Assembly (NCBI GenBank): GCA_050998315.1
Contig: JBPCQG010000116.1
Coordinates: forward strand, 1-43,170
DNA: 43,170 nt
DNA from: Chitinophagaceae bacterium
Lineage (GTDB): Bacteria; Bacteroidota; Bacteroidia; Chitinophagales; Chitinophagaceae
Reading direction: 5' to 3'
The position numbers were made by a program, and so were the translations under genes. The notes under the pieces were generated by a model. The model saw nothing but the letters and a program-made list of their open reading frames with translations, had not been told where the DNA came from and ran no database searches. Shown one piece after another: positions 8,962 through 18,686 of the stretch; position 1 is the first letter of the stretch, and each line of letters begins with the position of its first letter.

Positions 8962-10476
8962 ATGCTTCTACTCGGAATAGATATCGGCACCTCCTCAATT
9001 AAAATATCAGTAGTTGATGCTGCAACCCAACAATGCATAGCCTCAACACAATTTCCTGAAACCGAAACAGGCATCACTTCTTTACAATCCGGCTGGGCAG
9101 AGCAATCTCCTGACATGTGGTGGCAGCATACAATACAGGCTATCATAAAATTGAATGCAATAAAAAAGTTTAATCCGCAGCAAATTGCTGCAATTGGCAT
9201 TGCGTATCAAATGCACGGACTTGTTTTGGTGGATAGAAAACAAAAAGTTTTAAGAGATTCCATTATCTGGTGCGACAGCAGAGCTGTTGAAATTGGCGAC
9301 AAAGCTTATCAATCAATTGGTGAAAATATTTGTTCATCATGCTTGCTTAATTCTCCGGGAAACTTTACTGCGTCAAAATTATCATGGGTAAAAAATAATG
9401 AGCCTGAAATTTACAGGCAGGTTGATAAAATGATGTTGCCGGGGGATTTTATTTCAATGAAATTTACGGGTGAGATCACCACAACATCATCGGCTTTATC
9501 AGAAGGCATTTTTTGGGATTTTAATAAAGATGAAATTTCTAAAAACGTTTTAAATTATTACGGGTTTGCCGAATCAGTAATTCCAAAAGTGCAACCGCTT
9601 TTTTCTTCTCATGGTTTTTTGCTGCCTGCCGTTGCAGAGCAATTATCTTTGAAAAAAAATATTCCTGTCACTTACAAAGCCGGGGATCAGCTAAATAATG
9701 CGCTTTCATTAAAAGCATTGCAGCCCGGCGATGTAGCTGCCACCGCAGGAACTTCAGGAGTTATTTATGCAGTTACTGATAAATCATTGGCTGACAAATT
9801 TTCAAGAGTAAATGCGTTCGCACATGTGAATCATAAAGCCTCCTTTCCAGGTGGAGATGGTGCAGGGGGTGAGGCCCGGGTGGGAATATTATTGTGCATC
9901 AATGGCACCGGCATAATGAATAGCTGGATAAAAAAAATGTGTGCTGATGGTTTAACTTATGATGAAATAAACACGCAGGCTTCAAAAATACTTCCTGGCA
10001 GCGAGGGCTTGCAGGTATTGCCATTTGGCAATGGTGCCGAGCGAATGCTTCAAAACAAAACGGTTGGCGCTCACATCAATAATATTGATCTTAACAAACA
10101 TTCGCAAGCACATATTTTTAGGGCAACGCAGGAGGGAATTGCCTTTGCATTTCGCTACGGACTGGATATTATGAGAGAGAACCATTTGCACCCAACCATC
10201 ATTCGTGCAGGCAAAGCCAATTTATTTTTGAGTGATGTTTTTGTTGAGAGTTTTGTAAATACCACAAGTGTTGCGGTAGAGTTATTTGCAAATGACGGAA
10301 GCGTAGGCGCTGCCTTGGGTGCAGGCATTGGCGTGGGAATTTATAAAACTTATGATGATGCATTTACTAACTTTAAACCGTTAAAAATTGTGGAGCCAAC
10401 TAAAGTGGATTTATATAATGAGTTGTATGGGAAATGGAAAAAATTGCTAGAGACATTCTTGCCACAAAGGCACTAA
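8962..10476 (+). CDS. xylB: Xylulokinase (FGGY family)
   Basis: GIDIGTSS, GWAEQ, YQMHG, GDQ and AGTSG motifs; directly upstream of xylA. Confidence 0.9.
   Translation: MLLLGIDIGTSSIKISVVDAATQQCIASTQFPETETGITSLQSGWAEQSPDMWWQHTIQAIIKLNAIKKFNPQQIAAIGIAYQMHGLVLVDRKQKVLRDSIIWCDSRAVEIGDKAYQSIGENICSSCLLNSPGNFTASKLSWVKNNEPEIYRQVDKMMLPGDFISMKFTGEITTTSSALSEGIFWDFNKDEISKNVLNYYGFAESVIPKVQPLFSSHGFLLPAVAEQLSLKKNIPVTYKAGDQLNNALSLKALQPGDVAATAGTSGVIYAVTDKSLADKFSRVNAFAHVNHKASFPGGDGAGGEARVGILLCINGTGIMNSWIKKMCADGLTYDEINTQASKILPGSEGLQVLPFGNGAERMLQNKTVGAHINNIDLNKHSQAHIFRATQEGIAFAFRYGLDIMRENHLHPTIIRAGKANLFLSDVFVESFVNTTSVAVELFANDGSVGAALGAGIGVGIYKTYDDAFTNFKPLKIVEPTKVDLYNELYGKWKKLLETFLPQRH
9835..9876 (+). repeat. Degenerate REP-like element in frame within xylB
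   Basis: 9853-9876 matches 23827-23850 at 19/24 nt; the segment encodes KASFPGGDGAGGEA. Confidence 0.6.
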
Positions 10477-10537
10477 GACAGAAAGTAGCACAAAGAAAAA
10501 GTTCATAAAACATTGTGTTTTTTGTGTCTTGGTGGCA
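10460..10537. repeat. Long imperfect inverted repeat (GCCAC...GTGGC) overlapping the xylB stop
   Basis: GCACTAAGACAGAAAG pairs with TTTTGTGTCTTGGTGG, and GCACAAAG pairs with CATTGTGT. Confidence 0.65.
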
Positions 10538-10633
10538 GGAAAAGTTCAGTAAAGATTCGCTGTAGACGAGTGCGACGCCAATGAAGATGCACAAAGAACT
10601 AATGCCGGAAACAAAAAAATAAAAACATATATA

Positions 10634-11962
10634 ATGAAAGTAATTACCGGAGAAAAAGAATTTTTTAAAGATATCCCGCAAATAAAATTTGAGGGGGTTG
10701 AAAGTGATAATCCATTTGCGTTTCGGTGGTACGATGAGAATAAAAAGGTTGCCGGAAAAACGATGAAAGAACTGCTGCGCTTTGCATGTGCTTACTGGCA
10801 TTCGTTTAATGGCAACGGTGCAGATCCCTTTGGTGAGCCTACTCATATTTTTCCCTGGAACGGTAAAGCGGACCCAATTGAAAGAGCGAAAGATAAAATG
10901 GATGCGGCTTTTGAGTTCATTACTAAAATGAACCTACCCTATTATTGTTTTCATGATATGGATATTGTTGATTATACAAACGATGTGGCAGACAATGAAA
11001 AACGTTTGCAGGTAATTACAGAATATGCAAAACAAAAACAAAATGATAGTGGTGTAAAATTATTATGGGGCACAGCAAATTTATTTTCAAATCTTAGGTA
11101 CATGAATGGCGCTGCCACAAATCCTGATTTTCATGTGCTGGCTCACGCCGGCGCACAGGTGAAGGCAGCCCTTGATTCAACGATTTTTTTGGATGGTGAA
11201 AATTATGTTTTTTGGGGCGGACGTGAAGGCTACATGAGTTTGCTTAACACAAACATGAAAAGGGAACAGGAGCATCTTGCAAAATTTTTACACACTGCAA
11301 AAGATTACGCAAGGCGCAATGGTTTTAAAGGGTCATTTTTTATTGAGCCAAAACCCTGTGAGCCAAGCAAACATCAATATGATTATGATGCTGCCACAGT
11401 AATAAGTTTTTTGAGGCAATATGATTTACTGAATGATTTTAGATTGAATCTTGAAGTGAACCATGCAACGCTTGCGGGGCATACGTTTCAGCATGAGCTG
11501 CAGGTTGCGGCAGATGCAGGTTTGTTGGGAAGCATGGATGCGAATAGAGGGGATTATCAGAACGGTTGGGACACAGATCAGTTCCCTAACAATATTACGG
11601 AACTGGCAGAAGCCATGCTGATAGTTTTAGAAGCCGGCGGATTAAAAGGCGGGGGAATAAACTTTGATGCAAAGATCAGGAGAAATTCTACTGATGCAGA
11701 AGATCGTTTTCATGCACACATCGGTGGCATGGATGCATTTGCAAGGGCATTGATTATTGCTGATAATATTTTACAGAAATCTGATTACAAAAAAATACGA
11801 GAAGAACGTTATGCTACTTTTGACGGTGGCAAGGGAAAAGAATTTGAAGACGGAAAATTATCTTTAGAAGACCTGAGAAGTTTGGCAATAGAGAATGGAG
11901 AACCTACGGTTAGAAGTGGCAAACAGGAATATTTGGAGAATATCATAAATCGCTATATTTAA
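10634..11962 (+). CDS. xylA: Xylose isomerase (class II)
   Basis: AYWHSF, FHDxD, WGGREG, IEPKPx[12 protein letters not shown] and GWDTDQF motifs. Confidence 0.98.
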   Translation: MKVITGEKEFFKDIPQIKFEGVESDNPFAFRWYDENKKVAGKTMKELLRFACAYWHSFNGNGADPFGEPTHIFPWNGKADPIERAKDKMDAAFEFITKMNLPYYCFHDMDIVDYTNDVADNEKRLQVITEYAKQKQNDSGVKLLWGTANLFSNLRYMNGAATNPDFHVLAHAGAQVKAALDSTIFLDGENYVFWGGREGYMSLLNTNMKREQEHLAKFLHTAKDYARRNGFKGSFFIEPKPCEPSKHQYDYDAATVISFLRQYDLLNDFRLNLEVNHATLAGHTFQHELQVAADAGLLGSMDANRGDYQNGWDTDQFPNNITELAEAMLIVLEAGGLKGGGINFDAKIRRNSTDAEDRFHAHIGGMDAFARALIIADNILQKSDYKKIREERYATFDGGKGKEFEDGKLSLEDLRSLAIENGEPTVRSGKQEYLENIINRYI

Positions 11963-12031
11963 ACTTGTATAATTTTTTGCAGGCAATTTTAAATAAATTT
12001 CTAATCAACCCCAACAAACCAACTTAACAGC

Positions 12032-13705
12032 ATGAACACTCTTGTTACTAAAGACTATCTGGTTTTTCTTTTTTATTTCGTCGTCGTTGCTTCTTACGGA
12101 ATATGGATATACAACAGGAAAAAGAAAAAAACCATTACCGCATCCCATGATTATTTTTTGGCAGAAGGTTCACTTACATGGTGGGCTATAGGCGCATCTT
12201 TAATTGCATCAAACATTTCTGCAGAACAATTTATAGGTATGAGCGGCTCAGGTTTTAAAATGGGTTTAGCCATCTCTGTTTATGAGTGGATGGCAGCCGC
12301 TACATTAATAATTGTAGCCATATTTTTTATACCTGTTTATCTAAAAAATAAAATATATACGATGCCGCAGTTTTTACATCAGAGGTATAATGGAACAGTG
12401 GCAATGATAATGGCGGTGTTCTGGCTTCTGTTATATGTTGTGGTAAACCTTACCTCCATTCTTTACTTGGGAGCACTTGCCATCAACAGTATTTCGGGCA
12501 TAAACACTACTGCATGTATGTATGTGCTCGCAATATTTGCCATTTTTATTACACTTGGCGGTATGAAAGTTATCGGGTACACCGATGTAGTACAGGTTTT
12601 CTTTTTAATACTTGGTGGGTTGGTAACAACATATATTGCCTTAAACCTGGTATCAGAAAAATTTGGTACAACCGGTGTTGTAAATGGTTTTAAATTAATG
12701 ATGGATCAGGCAAATGATCATTTTCACCTGGTATTTAAAAAAGATAATCCTAATTATATGGATCTCCCGGGGCTTACAATACTGATTGGAGGTATGTGGA
12801 TTGTAAATCTTAATTACTGGGGGTGTAATCAATATATCACTCAAAGAGCGCTGGGAGCAGATCTTAAAACTGCGAGAAGCGGACTTCTTTTTGCTGCGTT
12901 CCTAAAATTATTAATGCCTGTGATTGTAGTGTTGCCGGGCATTGCAGCGTATGTTTTGCACCAGCAGGGCAATTTTCAGAATGAAATGATGTTAGGCTCT
13001 GAAATAAATCCTGATAAAGCATATCCTGTTTTATTAAATCTTTTGCCGGCGGGTTTAAAAGGTCTTTCGTTTGCGGCATTAACCGCGGCAGTTGTTGCAT
13101 CACTTGCCGGAAAAGCAAACAGCATCTCTACAATTTTTACATTAGATATTTATAAAAAACGATTGCAACCGGAAGCAACAGAAAAAAATATGGTTAATGT
13201 TGGAAAAATAGTGGTTGTAGTAGCATTAATATTGGCAGTACTTATTGCTCCTTTATTAGGCATAGATAAGAAAGGCGGATTTCAATACATACAGGAATAC
13301 ACAGGTTTTGTTTCACCAGGAATTTTTGCAATGTTCATACTTGGATTTTTCTGGAAAAAAGCCACCTCGAATGCTGCTCTTTTTGCAACGATCGGGGGAT
13401 TTGTTTTTTCATTAATTCTTAAATTTTTACCTAGAATAATGGATCTTTCTTTTTTAGCGCCGATGGGTTTTTCAAAAGCAAATGATAAAGGGGTTTTTGA
13501 AATTCCTTTTCTTGACAGGATGGGTTTTGTATTTATTGTTTGCATATTAGGCATGTACATTATTAGTATGATTGATAATCGCAAGGGCGTTACCCCACAT
13601 GGTTTGGAAGTAGATAAAAACATGTTCAAATTGTCTCCGGGGTTTTCTGTTGGCGCATTAATTGTTTGTGGAATTCTGGCCGCATTGTATACTTTGTTTT
13701 GGTAG
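12032..13705 (+). CDS. Sodium:sugar symporter (SSS family), probably xylose uptake
   Basis: ASNISAEQFIGMSG and YWGCNQYITQRALGA motifs, many TM helices; substrate inferred from context. Confidence 0.88.
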   Translation: MNTLVTKDYLVFLFYFVVVASYGIWIYNRKKKKTITASHDYFLAEGSLTWWAIGASLIASNISAEQFIGMSGSGFKMGLAISVYEWMAAATLIIVAIFFIPVYLKNKIYTMPQFLHQRYNGTVAMIMAVFWLLLYVVVNLTSILYLGALAINSISGINTTACMYVLAIFAIFITLGGMKVIGYTDVVQVFFLILGGLVTTYIALNLVSEKFGTTGVVNGFKLMMDQANDHFHLVFKKDNPNYMDLPGLTILIGGMWIVNLNYWGCNQYITQRALGADLKTARSGLLFAAFLKLLMPVIVVLPGIAAYVLHQQGNFQNEMMLGSEINPDKAYPVLLNLLPAGLKGLSFAALTAAVVASLAGKANSISTIFTLDIYKKRLQPEATEKNMVNVGKIVVVVALILAVLIAPLLGIDKKGGFQYIQEYTGFVSPGIFAMFILGFFWKKATSNAALFATIGGFVFSLILKFLPRIMDLSFLAPMGFSKANDKGVFEIPFLDRMGFVFIVCILGMYIISMIDNRKGVTPHGLEVDKNMFKLSPGFSVGALIVCGILAALYTLFW

Positions 13706-13730
13706 TTCTTTTTTGTTTATAAAAAAAGAG

Positions 13731-14774
13731 ATGAAAAAAATAAATACAGTACTATGTTCTTTTGGCATGAGTGGATCTGTTTTTCATGCACCGTTTCTTA
13801 ATATTCATACCGGGTTTAATTTTTATTCTGTTTGGGAAAGATCAAAAAAATCAGGGAAAGAAAAATATCCATCGGTAATAATATATACAACATTGGAAGA
13901 AATGCTTGCCGATGATGCAGTTGAATTGGTTATTGTAAATACACCCAACTACACACATTACGAATACACAAAAAAAGCATTACTTGCAGATAAACATGTT
14001 ATAGTAGAAAAACCTTTTACTGTTACAGTTGCAGACGGCGAAGAGTTGATTGAATTAGCAAAGAGCCGAAATAAAAAACTATCAGTATATCAGAACCGCC
14101 GCTATGACAGTGATTATAAAACGATAAAGAAAATTCTTGATAAAAAATTATTGGGAGACCTTGTCGAAGCCGAATTTCATTATGATCGCTATTCAAACGA
14201 ATTAAGTTATAAAATACATAAAGAAATCCCCGGGCCAGGAACAGGTGCTTTGTACGATCTTGGTTCACATCTTATAGATCAGGCATTGCAATTATTTGGA
14301 ATGCCTGAAGCATTGTTTGCAGATATTAGAATCATTCGCCCTATCTCCAAGGTGGATGATTATTTTGAATTGATTTTATATTATCCAAATCTTCGGGTAA
14401 AACTAAAATCCAGTTACCTGGTAAGAGAACCATTGCCAGGATACATTCTTCATGGTACTAAAGGCTCATTCATAAAGCCAAAAACAAATATTCAGGAAAT
14501 ACTTCTGCAAAAGGGTGAAATACCGGGAACAGATAATTGGGGCAAAGAACCCGATTCAGAAAAGGGTTTGTTACACACAGAAAAAGATGATAAAGTGGTT
14601 AGAGAATATATTGAATCAGAAAGGGGAAACTATGGTGATTACTATAATGCAATGTATGAAGCGATAAGAACTAGTAAACCTGTTCCTGTTTCATCCCAGG
14701 ATGGACTAAATGTTATAAAAATTATCGAAGCGGCAAATGAAAGTAATCTGAAAAAGCATGTTGTGGATTTATAG
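13731..14774 (+). CDS. Gfo/Idh/MocA oxidoreductase (YdgJ/IolW-like)
   Basis: FGMSG..FHAP, VIVEKP, YQNRR.D and DLGSHLIDQ motifs. ATG 13731 preferred. Confidence 0.88.
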   Translation: MKKINTVLCSFGMSGSVFHAPFLNIHTGFNFYSVWERSKKSGKEKYPSVIIYTTLEEMLADDAVELVIVNTPNYTHYEYTKKALLADKHVIVEKPFTVTVADGEELIELAKSRNKKLSVYQNRRYDSDYKTIKKILDKKLLGDLVEAEFHYDRYSNELSYKIHKEIPGPGTGALYDLGSHLIDQALQLFGMPEALFADIRIIRPISKVDDYFELILYYPNLRVKLKSSYLVREPLPGYILHGTKGSFIKPKTNIQEILLQKGEIPGTDNWGKEPDSEKGLLHTEKDDKVVREYIESERGNYGDYYNAMYEAIRTSKPVPVSSQDGLNVIKIIEAANESNLKKHVVDL

Positions 14775-14804
14775 ATTTTTTTATAAAATAGTTTACTTCC
14801 CCCT

Positions 14805-14833
14805 GTGGTGGTTGTCCTCACCGTCCACTTTTT
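14805..14833 (+). terminator. Possible hairpin/terminator after the xylose operon
   Basis: Imperfect stem GTGGTGGT...ACCGTCCAC followed by a T-run. Confidence 0.35.
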
Positions 14834-15101
14834 CTCCATCATTTTTAATTTTATTCTCTTTCAGTTCATTTGCAAAATTTAAAAATAAAGTGAATTTTTT
14901 CTTAACGCTGAACTGGTAGAAGTCTTGATGATTAGCTGTACAAACGCAGAGTTAGCACACCTGAATTACTAAAGTCGGGCAGGTTTCAAGAAGCTCGGGA
15001 TCGCAGTATGTATGGATGTAGTGAGCGAAGAACAAAAAGTACAAATGAGTGACATAGAGGTGATGATATGAAAGTTTAATACAGGGTACAAAAAAAGGAA
15101 A

Positions 15102-17002
15102 ATGAAAAAAATATTTATTCTGTTGTTGGTTGTTGTTATTTCAGTTTCAACATCTGCTCAACAAAAATCATATGCAGCTGACATGGCTAAAACTGTAATG
15201 GCAATCTGGAAAGATTCTTTATCAATGCAACCCGGCAAGCCGGTTAAATGGGGTTATGATCAGTCTGTGATTTTAAAAGGCATCCAGGGGTTATGGTATG
15301 CCACTGGTGATGGTTCTTATTTTAATTATATACAAAAAAGCATGGATTTTTTTGTGGATGACAGAGGAGACATCCGTACCTATAAACAGGAGGAACATAA
15401 CATAGATAATATAGCCTGCGGCAGAATTCTTTTATTGCTTTACAATGTTACCGGAAAAGAAAAATACTTGACTGCTGTAAAAACGCTGCGGCAACAGCTA
15501 AGCACACAGCCACGGACAAAGGAAGGCGGCTTCTGGCATAAAAAAATATATCCTTACCAAATGTGGCTGGATGGTTTGTACATGGGCGAACCGTTTTATG
15601 CAGAGTATGCAAAAAATTTTAATGAAGACATAAATTATAATGATATAGCACATCAATTTATTTTGATGGAAAAAAAAGCACGGGACAGCAAAACGGGTTT
15701 GATGTATCACGGGTATGATGAATCCCGTGAACAAAAGTGGGCCGATAAAACAACAGGGCTGTCTCCGCATTTTTGGGCACGTGCAATGGGATGGTATGGA
15801 TCAGGTTTAGTGGATGTATTAGAAGTTTTTCCTGCAAATCATCCCAAAAGAGATTCATTGATTAAAATATTAAACAGGCTTGCTAATGCAGTTGCAAATT
15901 ACCAGGATAAAAGAACCGGATTATGGTGGGACATTTTGGACATGCCGGGTAAAGAAAAGAATTATACTGAGGCATCTGCTTCGTCTCAGTTTGTTTATAC
16001 ATTGGCAAAGGGAGTTAGACTTGGCTTTCTGCCGCAAACATTTTTACCAGTTGCTAAAAAAGGATACGAGGGGATAGTAATGAGTTTTATCAAAGTAGAA
16101 AATGGTCAGACAAACTTGCATGGAACAGTAAGTGTTTCCGGGGGGCAACCCTTACCGGGATGGAAGCTATGATTACTATATGAGTGAAAAAGTAGTGGTC
16201 AACGATCCTAAAGGAGTAGGCGCTTTTATACAGGCCTCTAACGAAATTGAAATGTTGAATACACTTTCTTACGGTAAAGGCAAAACCGTTTTACTGGATT
16301 ATTATTTTAATCGTGAAACAAGAATGGATGCGGGTAAACCAATTCGTTTTCATTATATCTGGGAGGAGTATGATAATAATGGCTATTCAATATTGGGCAA
16401 TATATTTAATAGGTATGGTGTTCAAGCAAAATCTTTAGAAACAGGACCCACTGTACAAAATTTAAAAGGCGCCGATATTTATCTTATTGTTGATCCTGAC
16501 ACAGAAAAAGAAACAAAATCTCCTAATTATATTCAGCCAAAAGATATTTGATGCTATTTATAATTGGGTTAAAAGCGGTGGTGTACTGATGCTCTTTGGT
16601 AATGATTCAGGCAATGTAGAGTTCACTCATTTTAACCGGTTGGCTTCCAGGTTTGGGGTTCAATTTAATTTTGATAGTAAGAATAGGGTTACAGGAAATC
16701 AATTTGAAATGGGGGCAATTAAAATTAATTCAGGCAATGCTCTTTTTAAAACTGCCAATAAAATTTATATGAAAGAGTATGCATCGCAAAATCTTACAGG
16801 TACTTCAAAAGCGGTATTGATACAAGGCAATGATGCAGTTGTGTCAGTGACAAAAGTGGGTAAGGGAAGTGTATTTATTGTAGGTGATCCGTGGTTTTAT
16901 AATGAATATACGGATGGAAGAAAAATTCCAAAAGAATTTGAAAATTATAAAGCTGCTGAAGATGTTGTAAAATGGGCGATCGACCAAACAAATAAAAAAT
17001 AA
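15102..17002 (+). pseudogene. Unsaturated rhamnogalacturonyl hydrolase (GH105) with a C-terminal DUF4350-like domain, split by two frameshifts
   Basis: Signal peptide, GGFWHK, QMWLDGLYM, FWARAMGW and EASAS motifs. The three ORFs (15102-16172, 16132-16551, 16487-17002) join at a G6 tract (16140-16145) and at an extra T (~16547). Confidence 0.8.
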
Positions 17003-17165
17003 ATGCAGAAAAAAATGAAATCTGGATTTGTTATGGATATGATGCAAAGGAAGATCGTATAGTTGATTGCCCTGCTGATACTGCTACTCATAAAAAAACA
17101 ATTACTAAAACCGGTCATCAAATGGCGCTTCTTTCTATGGATAATGCCACAAGCAAAAAATTGTT

Positions 17166-18686
17166 ATGATCCTGTCACGATATACACTAAAAAATATTTC
17201 ATCAAAGGTTAGCGGGATACCATCAGAGGCCATGTTTGAATTACCTGAAAAAGTTTTACAATTTGGCACAGGCGTTTTACTCCGTGGCTTACCTGATTAC
17301 TTTATTAACAAAGCTAATCAGATGGGCATATTTAATGGTCGTATAGTTGTTGTAAAATCAACATCAACTGGCAATTCATCAGCATTTGAAAGACAGGACG
17401 GCTTATATACGCTCTGCGTTCGGGGCTTAAAAAATGGTGAAAAAGTTGAGGAAAATATTATCAACTCATCCATAAGCAGGGTGTTGAGCGCAAAAGAAGA
17501 TTGGGAAGAAATTCTTGAATGTGCACATGATCAAAACATGCAGGTAATCATTTCCAATACTACAGAGGTTGGTATTCAATTAGTGAATGAAGACATCCGG
17601 CATCATCCGCCTGTTTCATATCCCGGTAAATTACTGGCATTTTTATATGAGCGATACAAGGCCTTTAACGGAAGTAAAAATTCAGGAATGGTGATAGTTC
17701 CTACAGAGCTGATTGTTGATAATGGAAAAAGATTACAGAGTATTGTTCTGGAGCTGGCTCATTTAAATAGTTTAGAAGTGGCATTTATTGATTGGCTTGA
17801 ATGCTGTAATGAATTTTGCAATTCCCTGGTAGATCGGATTGTGCCGGGCAAGCCTGATGCTGAAGAATTGACAAAACTTGAAAGGGAATTGGGGTACGAA
17901 GATCAGTTGCTTACCATGAGTGAGGTATATAGTTTATGGGCAATAGAAGGCAGTGAGGAAATTAAAAATGTTTTATCATTTTACCAGGCTGATGAAGGTG
18001 TTGTTATTGCGCCTGATATTGATCTGCATCGTGAACTTAAACTAAGATTGCTAAACGGAACACATACATTAAGCTGCGCACTTGCTTTTCTTGCAGGTTG
18101 TGAAACTGTGAAGCAGGCAATGAATGATGAAACCGTTTCAAATTTTATTGCCGATGTGATGCAGAACGAAATTGCACCTTCTATTCCTTATAAGATTGAT
18201 CCAAAAACTACATATGATTTTGCCGCAAAAGTATTAGACCGTTTTCGTAATCCGCAGATAAAACACAACTGGATAAGCATAACAGTTCAGATAAGTTCCA
18301 AAATGAAATTGAGATGTATCCCGGTTTTATTAACTCATTATAAAAACAATAATACTCCGCCGGAATTATTTTCACTTGGCTTTGCATCCTATATTTATTT
18401 TATGAAGGTTGCAGGGGAATCTAATGAAAAGTTTTATGGCGAAAGGGATGGGCAGCAATATTCTATACAGGATGATTTAGCTGAAGTGTTTAAGGAAAGG
18501 TGGAAAAACTCAGATACAAACACCGTAGTGAATCAAACCTTAAAAGATGTTACATTCTGGGGTGAAGATTTAACTTTACTAAATGGCTTTGCTGACTCTG
18601 TTTACCAAAAGCTGAAGTTGATAATGCAAAATGGGGTAAAGCAAACCATTCAATCAGTCCACTTAAATAAGGAGATCATTGCATGA
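17166..18686 (+). CDS. uxaB: Tagaturonate reductase (altronate oxidoreductase)
   Basis: LQFGTG..LRG, SNTTE, LVDRIVPG, KLRLLNG.HT and DRF.NP motifs. Confidence 0.93.
   Translation: MILSRYTLKNISSKVSGIPSEAMFELPEKVLQFGTGVLLRGLPDYFINKANQMGIFNGRIVVVKSTSTGNSSAFERQDGLYTLCVRGLKNGEKVEENIINSSISRVLSAKEDWEEILECAHDQNMQVIISNTTEVGIQLVNEDIRHHPPVSYPGKLLAFLYERYKAFNGSKNSGMVIVPTELIVDNGKRLQSIVLELAHLNSLEVAFIDWLECCNEFCNSLVDRIVPGKPDAEELTKLERELGYEDQLLTMSEVYSLWAIEGSEEIKNVLSFYQADEGVVIAPDIDLHRELKLRLLNGTHTLSCALAFLAGCETVKQAMNDETVSNFIADVMQNEIAPSIPYKIDPKTTYDFAAKVLDRFRNPQIKHNWISITVQISSKMKLRCIPVLLTHYKNNNTPPELFSLGFASYIYFMKVAGESNEKFYGERDGQQYSIQDDLAEVFKERWKNSDTNTVVNQTLKDVTFWGEDLTLLNGFADSVYQKLKLIMQNGVKQTIQSVHLNKEIIA

Noticed and set aside
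16140-16145. G6 tract as a phase-variation switch in GH105
   Set aside because: The tract is short, the conserved Leu codon is also missing, and a second frameshift exists downstream.
17003-17165. Possible gene remnant between GH105 and uxaB
   Set aside because: Looks somewhat coding-like, but no family could be recognised.
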